Below, piece after piece: positions 41,316 through 49,930 of a DNA stretch of 64,000 nucleotides (position 1 is its first letter; every line of letters starts with the position of its first letter). Under the pieces are notes generated by a model. The model saw nothing but the letters and a program-made list of their open reading frames with translations. It did not search any database and had not been told where the DNA came from. The translations under genes were made by a program, and so were the position numbers. Location: the IMG/VR virus record IMGVR_UViG_3300028025_002789, positions 33,729 to 97,728 of that record; one strand, 5' to 3'. The stretch is from a virus.

Positions 41316-43095
41316 TTTTAATGATTTAATTGACATTCTAGATGGTGAAGAGTTTGACGAAAGGCCAGTAGATCTTAGAACTTTTGTAACAAGCCCAGAC
41401 TATTTAGGCCTGCCACCACTATCTGAATTGCAGTATGAATTAATTGAAAAAAGTTCTCAAATATATAAAGAGGCAACTTTAAAGAAACTCTTCGGAGAAG
41501 AAGAGGGTTCGATAAGATTTAAACAAACATGCAATGAAGTAATTGCACAGTTAGGCAAAGGATCTGGAAAAGATTACTGCTCAACTATATCTGTTTCATA
41601 CATTGTTTACCTTTTGTTATGCCTAAAAGATCCAGCAACATACTATGGTAAACCACCTGGAGACAGCATAGATATTCTAAACGTTGCTATAAATGCTCAG
41701 CAGGCAAGCAATGTTTTCTTTAAAGGATTTAAAACAAGAATTGAAAGATCACCATGGTTTATTGGTAAATATGAAGCTAAGGCATCTGAAGTTAAATTTG
41801 ATAAAAGCATAACAGTTCACTCAGGACACTCAGAAAGAGAGTCTTGGGAAGGATATAACGTTATCGTTGTAGTTCTAGATGAAATATCTGGATTCGCAAT
41901 TGAAAATACAACTGGCCATGATCAAGCTAAAACTGGAGAAGCTATTTATGATATGTACCGTGCATCTGTTGCATCTCGTTTCCCAGATTTTGGTAAAGTA
42001 ATATTGCTATCATTTCCTAGATTTAAAAACGACTATATACAAACACATTATGAGTCAGTAATTGCAGAAAAAGAAACTGTTATTAGAAGCATATTAATGA
42101 AGATGGATGAAGACCTTCCAGACAATACAGAGGGTAATGAAATTACTGTGGAATGGGAAGAGGATCATATTAAGTCTTATCTCTATCCTAAAACATATGC
42201 AATTAAGAGACCAACCTGGGACATAAACCCAACTAAAAAAATAGAAGATTTTAAGGTAGACTTTTATAGAAACTCGTTAGATGCTCTTGGAAGATTTGCA
42301 TGTATGCCACCAGAAGCTGTTGATGCATTCTTTAAGTCTAGAGAAAAAATAGAAAAAGCTTTTTATAAAATGAATATTGCTGTGGATCAGTTTGGAAGAT
42401 TAGAAGAATGGTTTCAGCCAGAAAAAGACAAAGAGTATTTCATACACGTCGACCTTGCACAAAAGCATGACCATTGTGCTGTTGCATTGGCACACGTAAA
42501 CCATTGGGTAAATGTAAAAGTAACAAGTGACTACTCTCAGCCAGCGCCAATAGTTGAAGTGGACGCAGTAAGATTTTGGACTCCAACTGCTGATAAGTCT
42601 GTAGACTTTACAGAAGTTAAGGATTATATTCTTTCATTAAAAACTCGTGGATTCAATATTAAGGTTTGTACATTCGATAGATGGAATTCTCATGACATGA
42701 TGCAGCAGCTAAAACAATATGGAATCAATACTGAGTTGCTTTCTGTTGCTAAAAGACATTACGATGATATGGCAATGATAGTTGCAGAAGAAAGAGTTTC
42801 TGGCCCAGCAATTAAATTATTGATTGATGAACTATTACAATTAAGAATTATGAGAGATAAGGTAGACCACCCAAGAAAGGGATCTAAAGACCTTGCAGAT
42901 GCGGTATGCGGAGCAATATTTAACTCTATTAGTAGAACTAAACAAGAAAATGACAAAGAAATTAAAATTCATACCTACGAATCAATGAGCTACGACAATG
43001 ATTCTGATGATGAAGAGACGGTATTGAATATGATAAGGGCACCTAAAATGCCTTCGGAATTGAAAGACGCAATGGATAGGATGATGATAATATGA
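41305..43095 (+). CDS. Terminase large subunit
   Basis: GKGSGKD, VVLDE, nuclease HVDLA...D, FDRWNS, KDLADA; GTG start behind GAGGA. Confidence 0.92.
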   Translation: MDLNFNDLIDILDGEEFDERPVDLRTFVTSPDYLGLPPLSELQYELIEKSSQIYKEATLKKLFGEEEGSIRFKQTCNEVIAQLGKGSGKDYCSTISVSYIVYLLLCLKDPATYYGKPPGDSIDILNVAINAQQASNVFFKGFKTRIERSPWFIGKYEAKASEVKFDKSITVHSGHSERESWEGYNVIVVVLDEISGFAIENTTGHDQAKTGEAIYDMYRASVASRFPDFGKVILLSFPRFKNDYIQTHYESVIAEKETVIRSILMKMDEDLPDNTEGNEITVEWEEDHIKSYLYPKTYAIKRPTWDINPTKKIEDFKVDFYRNSLDALGRFACMPPEAVDAFFKSREKIEKAFYKMNIAVDQFGRLEEWFQPEKDKEYFIHVDLAQKHDHCAVALAHVNHWVNVKVTSDYSQPAPIVEVDAVRFWTPTADKSVDFTEVKDYILSLKTRGFNIKVCTFDRWNSHDMMQQLKQYGINTELLSVAKRHYDDMAMIVAEERVSGPAIKLLIDELLQLRIMRDKVDHPRKGSKDLADAVCGAIFNSISRTKQENDKEIKIHTYESMSYDNDSDDEETVLNMIRAPKMPSELKDAMDRMMII

Positions 43096-43343
43096 GCGAG
43101 TATCAAGATAGAGCAAAAGAGTGTAAGTGTTGCGGTAAACATGTGCCATTGCCAACAGTTCTAAAAGAATATAATGGAATAGTAATGTGCCCCACGACAT
43201 TTGCAAATGTTGTAGAGTATAAAAGAATATGGAAAAATTTAGGTGTAAGGCCTCAAGGTAATGTGCGTAAACATTTTTCAGAGTATGTTCAGCAAATTGT
43301 AGAACAAACTATAGATAAAAATGAAGATGGCAGTCTTCAATAA
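43092..43343 (+). CDS. Hypothetical protein
   Basis: Coupled ORF with Cys motif. Confidence 0.65.
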   Translation: MSEYQDRAKECKCCGKHVPLPTVLKEYNGIVMCPTTFANVVEYKRIWKNLGVRPQGNVRKHFSEYVQQIVEQTIDKNEDGSLQ

Positions 43344-43379
43344 TACTGCTGCATAACATAATTATAGGAAGAGGTCCAC

Positions 43380-43691
43380 ATGGACGAGGACGACGAAAAG
43401 CTACAACATTACTTAGAGATAGGTGCAATAGAGCTGGAAGGCGTAGATGAAAATGGAGAAGTTATTTATTCTATTTCGGAAAAAGCAAAAGAAATAGCTC
43501 CAGAGCTATGGGAATCTCACAGGCAATGGGTAGACAAAGCCTTGGTTGATTTATATGAATCTGGACTTATATCTGTAGACTACAATGAAGATCTAGAAGC
43601 AACAATAAATCTTAGCCCAGAGGGATATGATAGGGCCAGGGACTTAGGCCTTATTGAATTAGACATAGATAAAGATATACCAAACAATTAA
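43380..43691 (+). CDS. Acidic hypothetical protein
   Basis: SD GAGG. Confidence 0.7.
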   Translation: MDEDDEKLQHYLEIGAIELEGVDENGEVIYSISEKAKEIAPELWESHRQWVDKALVDLYESGLISVDYNEDLEATINLSPEGYDRARDLGLIELDIDKDIPNN

Positions 43692-43731
43692 AATATATTT
43701 TTAATATTTTTTACAATATGATATAATTATA

Positions 43732-43789
43732 TTAGGATGCCCCATGGGGGTCCTAAATTAACTTATTCGCTTGAAAGGGGAATAAAATG
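43732..43789 (+). promoter_or_regulatory. ROSE-like RNA thermometer in hsp20 5' UTR
   Basis: Two hairpins; the second pairs UUAUUCGCUU with AGGGGAAUAA (SD) leaving a bulged G; -10 TATAAT at 43722-43727. Confidence 0.65.
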
Positions 43790-44212
43790 GTACAAACATA
43801 TACATGGGATCTTTTTAAAGATCCATTTTTTATTGGCTTTAATCGTGAACTAGATAGACTTACAAGAGTTCACAGCCACGCATCAAACTCAACATACCCA
43901 CCATACAATGTAATCAAAACAGACAACGAGGATACATTTTTAATCGAAGTTGCTGTGGCGGGCTTTGCCAAGGAAGACCTTGGAATCACAATAAAGGATC
44001 AGACTCTTACCGTAAAGGGTGAGATTCAAGATATTTCTGATGAAACAAAGTTCGTGCATAAGGGTATTGCAGCTCGTAAATTCACAAGAGAGTTTGCTCT
44101 CGGAGAATATATTGAGGTTACTGGTGCTGAGGTATTAAATGGCATGCTTACAATTAAATTAGAGCGTGTTATTCCTGAAGAGGAAAAGCCAAAAACCATC
44201 AAGATCAAATAA
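43787..44212 (+). CDS. Small heat shock protein Hsp20 (IbpA-like)
   Basis: YPPYNV, AVAGF, HKGIA.RKF.R.F.L, NGMLTI.L....PEE.KP..I.I. Confidence 0.95.
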   Translation: MVQTYTWDLFKDPFFIGFNRELDRLTRVHSHASNSTYPPYNVIKTDNEDTFLIEVAVAGFAKEDLGITIKDQTLTVKGEIQDISDETKFVHKGIAARKFTREFALGEYIEVTGAEVLNGMLTIKLERVIPEEEKPKTIKIK

Positions 44213-44224
44213 ATAGTATAATAT

Positions 44225-44310
44225 AGATCTGCACCCCGTCACTGGGGAGTCGCAGATTTTATGCGGGCCGCTACCCGCAGGATAGACCTGAGTACGTCTC
44301 GAAACTGCTC
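44225..44310 (+). ncRNA. Candidate structured RNA: two GC-rich hairpins plus H-type pseudoknot
   Basis: TATAAT at 44217-44222; P1 AGATCTGC/GCAGATTT with inner CCCC/GGGG; P2 TGCGGG/CCCGCA; pseudoknot AGAC/GTCT and GAGTA/TGCTC. GC-rich island in AT-rich DNA. Confidence 0.6.
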
Positions 44311-44328
44311 ACAACTAAGGAGATTTAA

Positions 44329-44736
44329 ATGTTTGAATACTATGTTAAAAAGGTTACAAAAGTTGTGGACGGAGACACAATAGATGTTGACATAGACCTA
44401 GGTTTCGACATTTCATTTAGCTCAAGAGTCAGACTTGCTGGAATAGATACTCCAGAAAGTAGAACAGCTGATAAGATAGAAAAAGCTCTTGGCCTTGAAG
44501 CAAAATCTTATTTAAAGAATGCAATTGATTCTGCAAAATCTGTTGTTATTAAAACAGAAAAAATGGATAGTTCAGAAAAGTATGGAAGAATTTTAGGATG
44601 GGTATTTTTAGACGGATCAAGCGTTTCTATCAATCAAAAAATGATTGATGACGGACATGCTTGGGGATACATGGGGGAAACTAAGGTTAAAGATTTTACA
44701 GCCTTAGCAGAGAAGAGAAAAAAGAGCGGTAAGTAA
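44329..44736 (+). CDS. Thermonuclease (SNase-like)
   Basis: VVDGDT, VRLAGIDTPE, KYGRIL, G.A..Y. Confidence 0.9.
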   Translation: MFEYYVKKVTKVVDGDTIDVDIDLGFDISFSSRVRLAGIDTPESRTADKIEKALGLEAKSYLKNAIDSAKSVVIKTEKMDSSEKYGRILGWVFLDGSSVSINQKMIDDGHAWGYMGETKVKDFTALAEKRKKSGK

Positions 44737-44921
44737 TGCCTATATATGAATACAAGTGTGAATGTTCAATAGAAGATATACTACAGTTTGAAAGAAGTAT
44801 TTCAGACATTGAGCCAGAGTACGGATGCCCTACTTGCGGATCTGTAATGAAAAGACATTATGGCACATTCGGAATACAGTTTAATGGTGCTGGTTTTTAC
44901 AAAACAGATAACCCGAAATAG
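44736..44921 (+). CDS. FmdB-family zinc ribbon protein
   Basis: MPIYEYKC...CPTCG...F.G.GFY.TD. Confidence 0.88.
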   Translation: MPIYEYKCECSIEDILQFERSISDIEPEYGCPTCGSVMKRHYGTFGIQFNGAGFYKTDNPK

Positions 44922-44950
44922 TCAACTAACTTAAATTAATTAAACTCTCA

Positions 44951-44995
44951 TGCTATAATTACTAAGTTACATAAATAATTTATGTAACTTAGGAG
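44951..44995 (+). promoter_or_regulatory. Extended -10 promoter with perfect 14-bp inverted repeat reaching the SD
   Basis: TGCTATAAT, then CTAAGTTACATAAA-taa-TTTATGTAACTTAG running into AGGAG. Confidence 0.7.
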
Positions 44996-45003
44996 AGTCT
45001 TAA

Positions 45004-47475
45004 TTGACTAGAAAAGCTAAACTTTTATTATTCAGCCTGATTGTATTGGGCTGGCTATCATTTTCTGTACCAGATTATGCTAATGCAACTGGAGACGGAA
45101 GTCAGGAACAGGTAGTAGTAAGTCCAGCACAACAGGCGGTAAACTCAGCTCTTGGAACAGCTACTACAGAAGTACAGCAAGCCATAAATGCAACTGAAAA
45201 TTCTGCAACTGAAATAACACAGGCTCAAACAGAATTATCTCAAGCTCAGGCTGCAGTATCAGGATTATCATCAGCAGTATCTACAGCACAAACAAGTGTT
45301 AATAATGTTCAAAGTGCTATTAATAATATTAACGGTGTTGATTTAACAGTAACTCCAGTAGATCAAAGTTCTCAATTAGTACAAGATGCTAAGGCAACTG
45401 TAATTAATGCTCAAACAGCAATTAATAATATTAATACAACTACTGCCCAAACAGAAATTTCTCAAACAACTACAGCAAGATCAGAAGCGGTTACTGCTCA
45501 AGCAACCGCACAAACAGAATTAACTCAAGCAAACATTGCTATTGATGCTGCTCAAACTGCAGTAAATAATTTACAGTCAACTATTGGAACAACCGTCAAC
45601 GTTTTGGCTGGAGTAGACGATGCTGGTGTTCAAATGAATCTTCCATTTGGAATGCAAATGGGTGGAACTGTTTATAATAATGTATTTGTCGGATCAAATG
45701 CAACAATAACATTTGGAAGTAATGAGGGGAATGTATATTGGGATACACCAGGAGCACCTTCTATATCTATTGCTGGCTGGGACTGGACTACTTGGAGCAC
45801 AGGAACTGGAATTACATATTCAACTACTGGAACAAGCCTAGATGTTGCTTGGGACTTAAGACCTTATCCACAACAGGATGCTTCTACACAAATGGTTCAA
45901 ATTAGATTTAATGCTGATGTTAATCCAAATGACGGAGCATGGATGGCAAACGTAACCGCAGTTGGACCAATACCAGGCGGAGCAAGATTTAATTATAGAG
46001 AAACAACAAATGGCGCTATCACACCAATTACAGATACTAATACTGGTACTGGATTTGCTGGACAAATAAGTCAGGGGTCAACATTTACTCCATATGTAAA
46101 TCCAAATACTTCAGCAGTTCAGGCTGCCGTAGATGCAGCAAATGCAACTATTACTCAACTTAATCAAAGTCTTTCTCCAGTTGTTGCTCAAAATGCATTA
46201 AATAATTCTGCAATAAATGCTATCAATACAACATCACTGACCAATACAGTTAACTCTGCAATATCAACAAAGAATGCTTTGCAAACAACATTAAATACAA
46301 GGTCATCTCAGTTAACTACTGCTATTAATAATAATATTCCAACTCCAGCACCAATAATTGGCGAAGCGGAAATTAATGGAACTTCAATATCTATTCCAGT
46401 GAGTATGCCAGAAGGATATTCTGCTGGAACTTGGTACTATCAAGTTGAATTAGTTGGAGTTTCTGCTTCTAATCCATATGTAGTCGGAACAAGTATTGCA
46501 ACTGGATCGTCTGAATTGATTGAGCTAGAAGGATTAACTGAAGGTGCAACATATACAATTAGTATAGCGAATTCAAGTGGTGCAGTTAGTGCGTATACAT
46601 CTACAACAGTATCTATACCTGCATCACAAAGTTCAAACTTAACTGGTGGAGGAATATCAGAGCCACCCGCAGAAGAGCCACCAGCAGAAGAACCACCTGC
46701 AGAAGAACCACCAGCAGAAGAACCACCTGCAGAAGAACCACCAGCAGAAGAACCACCTGCAGAAGAACCACCTGCAGAAGAACCACCTGCAGAAGAACCA
46801 CCTGCTGAAGAACCACCTGCAGAAGAACCACCTGCAGAAGAACCACCTGCTGAAGAACCACCTGCTGAAGAACCACCTGCTGAAGAAATGTCGGTAGAAG
46901 AAATAGTTGAAGTGGTTGAAAATCTTATTGCAGACGGAAACCTAACAGCATCAGATGCAGAAGCTGTACTTGAATCTTTATCTGCAGACGGTGAAATTAC
47001 TTCTGAAGAAGTAAATAATTTATCAGATGCATTAACTGAAGACGGTACATTCACACTAGCAGAAAAAGAATTAGTTGCAGATGCACTAGTAGAGTCATCG
47101 GAAGGCGCTCCAATTGCAGCAGCAGACATTGCTGCTGCGGGACTTGAATATCGTGATCTTCCACCACAAATTCCAGTAGAAGTTAGAGAAGATGCTAACG
47201 GTAATCCAGTAGTTATTACAGCCGAAGTTGCATCAGCATTATTAACATTAGAATCTCCAGCAGCACTTGTTAACGCAATTGCTGGATGCTTTAATCCAGA
47301 AGAAGCAATTGAAGGATTAACAGAAGAACAAAAGTGTGAATTGGGCAAAGCTTTAGCAAATATTGGTGCTGACATGAGCCCAGAAGAAAGACAAGACGCT
47401 AAAGAAATTTTAGTGGCAGCAATTTTAGTTGGCCAAGTAATCCTTGGTAGTTCAATTCTGAGAATAAGGGGGTAA
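45004..47475 (+). CDS. Large exported, membrane-anchored protein
   Basis: Signal peptide, A/Q/T coiled coil, NIDO-like DD....LPF.....G..YN.V.V.SN..ITFG module, FN3-like module, (EPPAE)15 stalk, acidic domain, C-terminal hydrophobic segment. Confidence 0.75.
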   Translation: MTRKAKLLLFSLIVLGWLSFSVPDYANATGDGSQEQVVVSPAQQAVNSALGTATTEVQQAINATENSATEITQAQTELSQAQAAVSGLSSAVSTAQTSVNNVQSAINNINGVDLTVTPVDQSSQLVQDAKATVINAQTAINNINTTTAQTEISQTTTARSEAVTAQATAQTELTQANIAIDAAQTAVNNLQSTIGTTVNVLAGVDDAGVQMNLPFGMQMGGTVYNNVFVGSNATITFGSNEGNVYWDTPGAPSISIAGWDWTTWSTGTGITYSTTGTSLDVAWDLRPYPQQDASTQMVQIRFNADVNPNDGAWMANVTAVGPIPGGARFNYRETTNGAITPITDTNTGTGFAGQISQGSTFTPYVNPNTSAVQAAVDAANATITQLNQSLSPVVAQNALNNSAINAINTTSLTNTVNSAISTKNALQTTLNTRSSQLTTAINNNIPTPAPIIGEAEINGTSISIPVSMPEGYSAGTWYYQVELVGVSASNPYVVGTSIATGSSELIELEGLTEGATYTISIANSSGAVSAYTSTTVSIPASQSSNLTGGGISEPPAEEPPAEEPPAEEPPAEEPPAEEPPAEEPPAEEPPAEEPPAEEPPAEEPPAEEPPAEEPPAEEPPAEEPPAEEMSVEEIVEVVENLIADGNLTASDAEAVLESLSADGEITSEEVNNLSDALTEDGTFTLAEKELVADALVESSEGAPIAAADIAAAGLEYRDLPPQIPVEVREDANGNPVVITAEVASALLTLESPAALVNAIAGCFNPEEAIEGLTEEQKCELGKALANIGADMSPEERQDAKEILVAAILVGQVILGSSILRIRG
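46660..46884 (+). repeat. 15 x 15-bp coding tandem repeat (EPPAE)
   Basis: GARCCACCNGCWGAA x15, varying only at synonymous positions. Confidence 0.95.
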
Positions 47476-47477
47476 AT

Positions 47478-47666
47478 ATGAACTGGTTGAAAAAAAGAGC
47501 TATAGCAATTCTTAGCGAAAACTTTACTTTTCTAGGATTTTTCGTGGCCTGGGTTGTCCTTGAGGGCAGCGCTAAAACAGTGGTCGGATACGTGACATTG
47601 GCCTCAGTAGCCATATGGTTTATGACTATAGGAATAAGAGAAAAGGCTGAAAAAGAAGAAGAGTAG
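47478..47666 (+). CDS. Small two-TM membrane protein (holin-like)
   Basis: Two hydrophobic segments and a charged tail. Confidence 0.65.
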   Translation: MNWLKKRAIAILSENFTFLGFFVAWVVLEGSAKTVVGYVTLASVAIWFMTIGIREKAEKEEE

Positions 47667-47699
47667 ACTTTAGAGCAATAAATTTGCTATAATGGTATT

Positions 47700-47924
47700 A
47701 TGAAAAAGCTTACATCTATTGCCTTAGCCGCTCTATTAATGGTATCATTAACAGGATGCGGCTATCAGGGTTTCTACAGATACCCTTGCCAAAATCCAGA
47801 AAACTGGAAGAATGCTGAATGCAATCCTCCTATATGTGAAGCATCTGGAACGTGCACAAAAGATATGATTAAAATAGACACAAAGTCAGATATAAATATA
47901 ACAGAGGGAACAAACAATGGCTAA
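47700..47924 (+). CDS. Small Cys-rich lipoprotein
   Basis: Signal with lipobox LTGC; four further Cys; leaderless behind TGCTATAAT. Confidence 0.75.
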   Translation: MKKLTSIALAALLMVSLTGCGYQGFYRYPCQNPENWKNAECNPPICEASGTCTKDMIKIDTKSDINITEGTNNG

Positions 47925-48324
47925 ACAAAGATTAACAGCGTCAGAGATAGATGCAAGATTAAAATTTATTTTAGGAATTACTCTAGGAGCAATACTATTT
48001 CTTACTTCGGTAGGAATCTTGTATGGCCTTTTATTCGTAAGCCAACCAATCGGAACTCAATCAGAAAACGATAAAATGTTTTTCAATGTTCTTGGATCAG
48101 TTGCTACATTCATTACAGGAACATTAGCAGGTCTTTTAATTGGTAACTCAGGTGCTAAAGATATAATGGCAGCACAAATAGCCAACAAAGAAGTAGATGC
48201 TAAAAATACACAGGCAGATAAAAAATTAGAAGCAGAAATTGATGCAACTGCAGCACGTTTAGCAGCTAAGCCAGATGGACAAATGCCAGCAGAACAACCA
48301 GTTGATACAGATTGGGATAAATAA
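47917..48324 (+). CDS. Two-TM membrane protein (holin candidate)
   Basis: Two TM helices, directly upstream of the endolysin. Confidence 0.6.
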   Translation: MAKQRLTASEIDARLKFILGITLGAILFLTSVGILYGLLFVSQPIGTQSENDKMFFNVLGSVATFITGTLAGLLIGNSGAKDIMAAQIANKEVDAKNTQADKKLEAEIDATAARLAAKPDGQMPAEQPVDTDWDK

Positions 48325-48326
48325 AA

Positions 48327-48905
48327 GTGGCAGATCAAGGTACCGCAGCACGTTTAATTGAAGTTGCTACAGCAGAAATTGGGACTATTGAAGGTCCAAA
48401 AGATAACGAAACAAAATACGGAGCTTACACAAAAGCTAACTTTCAACCATGGTGTGGAAGTTTTGTAAACTGGTGTGGCAATGAAGCAGGAGTAAAAATT
48501 CCAAATACGGTCTATACTCCAGCTGGTGTAACAGCATTTAAGAAAGCTGGCGCCTGGATTGATGGAGATATTGCAGATCCAGAACCAGGAGATATTGCCT
48601 ATTTTGATTTCCCTTCAGATGGCGTCGATAGGGTGTCTCACGTAGGTATTGTTATTAAAGACAATGAAGATGGAACAGTTTGGTGTATAGAAGGAAATAC
48701 TTCTTCAAAGAAATCAGGAAGCCAAAGAAACGGCGGAGAAGTATGTAAACAACTTCGTGCTTTCAAAAAAAATAAGGCTGGGGTAATGATTTCAATTGTA
48801 GGATTTGGTCGTCCTAAGTTTGGATCTACTGGAAAACCATCAACAACAAAAGCAACATCTTCTAAAAAGAAAACATGCGGAAGTTGCGGTCAAGAAATTA
48901 AGTAA
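48327..48905 (+). CDS. CHAP-domain endolysin
   Basis: PWCGSFV.W, PGDI, HVGIV, IEGNT, GFGRP. Confidence 0.88.
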   Translation: MADQGTAARLIEVATAEIGTIEGPKDNETKYGAYTKANFQPWCGSFVNWCGNEAGVKIPNTVYTPAGVTAFKKAGAWIDGDIADPEPGDIAYFDFPSDGVDRVSHVGIVIKDNEDGTVWCIEGNTSSKKSGSQRNGGEVCKQLRAFKKNKAGVMISIVGFGRPKFGSTGKPSTTKATSSKKKTCGSCGQEIK

Positions 48906-49049
48906 ATGAATAACTATAGAATTAAAATAGAGGTAGATGCTGAAGTTCAAGCATTTAGCGAAAATGATGCTGTAGATTATGTAAATGATATTTTTGGTAT
49001 AGACGAAGAAATTAAAAACATTAAAGTAGTTAGCGTTAAGGAGAAATAG
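48906..49049 (+). CDS. Hypothetical protein, 47 aa (not in ORF track)
   Basis: MNNYRIKIEVDAEVQAFSENDAVDYV...; fills the gap exactly. Confidence 0.7.
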   Translation: MNNYRIKIEVDAEVQAFSENDAVDYVNDIFGIDEEIKNIKVVSVKEK

Positions 49050-49050
49050 A

Positions 49051-49857
49051 ATGGCAAAAGAAGGATACAAGCCGACATCAGGTATGCAGTCAGCAGCTCG
49101 CCGTGCTATTAAATTAAAAGAGCAAGGTAAAGCCAAAGGTGCAGGAACAGTAGTTGGATGGACTCGTGCAGGACAATTAGCTAGAGGAGAAACTCTTAGC
49201 CTATCAACCGTAAAGCGTATGTATTCATACTTTTCTCGTCATGAAGTAGACAAAAAAGGTAAAGACTGGGATAACTCAGAAAACCCTTCAAACGGAAAGA
49301 TCATGTGGTTAGCATGGGGCGGAGATGCAGGCTTCTCTTGGTCTCGTAAAATAGTAGAGAGAGAGAAAAATATGAAAAAATCAATTATAACAAATGAGTT
49401 AGTAGAAGAAATTAAAGATATTTTAGATGATGTAGTTAATCCAACAGATACAGTGGTTGAAATTCCAGACGATGAAAGCATTACAAAAGCCTTGCGTCCT
49501 GAAATTACAAAAGAACAATTAGGTATGGTTATAGAGCATTTAATGGAAGCAATTGAAGGTATGATCGAAGTTCCAGAAGAGGAAGATTCAGAAGAAGAGA
49601 CAATGGCTCCAGAATCAACAGACTCTACAGAAATTGAAGATGTTTTAAAATCAGAAGATTATCAGTCAGATAACGAAGATGAAGATAAATGGGATAATCT
49701 TACAAAAGCCTGCTGGTCAGGATATAAACAAGAAGGAATGAAAGAAAAGGGTGGAAGAATGGTACCAAATTGCGTACCAGTTGAAAAAGCTCATGAAATG
49801 ACAGAGACAAAAGAAGAAATGAAAAAGTCCATATGGGATGGCACATTTATTAAATAA
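49051..49857 (+). CDS. Probable internal head/prohead-associated protein
   Basis: Basic N-terminal domain (G..RA.QL...LS..TVKRM.SYF.RH...W..WGGDAG), CW.GY...G.K.K.G..VPNCVP motif, scaffold-like C-terminus. Confidence 0.6.
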   Translation: MAKEGYKPTSGMQSAARRAIKLKEQGKAKGAGTVVGWTRAGQLARGETLSLSTVKRMYSYFSRHEVDKKGKDWDNSENPSNGKIMWLAWGGDAGFSWSRKIVEREKNMKKSIITNELVEEIKDILDDVVNPTDTVVEIPDDESITKALRPEITKEQLGMVIEHLMEAIEGMIEVPEEEDSEEETMAPESTDSTEIEDVLKSEDYQSDNEDEDKWDNLTKACWSGYKQEGMKEKGGRMVPNCVPVEKAHEMTETKEEMKKSIWDGTFIK

Positions 49858-49861
49858 CCTA

Positions 49862-49920
49862 TTGACAAGGCCGCAGTATTTCGTGTATAATAATACATAG
49901 GGATGCTGCGGTTTTACTTT
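49862..49920 (+). terminator. Terminator hairpin overlapping the next promoter
   Basis: CCGCAGTATTTC...GGGATGCTGCGG then TTTT (G-U rich stem), overlapping TTGACA-N18-TATAAT. Confidence 0.65.
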
Positions 49921-49930
49921 TAAGGATAAA

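Noticed and set aside
31786-43095. Inteins or introns in DnaE, RecA or terminase
   Set aside because: Lengths are normal, motifs are contiguous, and I saw no splice-junction or homing endonuclease motifs.
40782-43095. Terminase far from the portal as a rearrangement or misassembly
   Set aside because: The genes are intact with their own promoter, and a detached terminase is known in large actinobacterial siphoviruses.
44288-44305. Hammerhead ribozyme (CUGA...GAAA)
   Set aside because: Core reads CUGAGUA rather than CUGANGA and no stem II can form; a pseudoknot fits better.
46660-46884. 15-bp tandem array as a CRISPR or non-coding repeat
   Set aside because: No spacers; variation is only synonymous in the EPPAE frame. 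The overlapping ORFs 46440-47375(-), 46613-46876(-) and 46646-46897(+) are shadows of the repeat.
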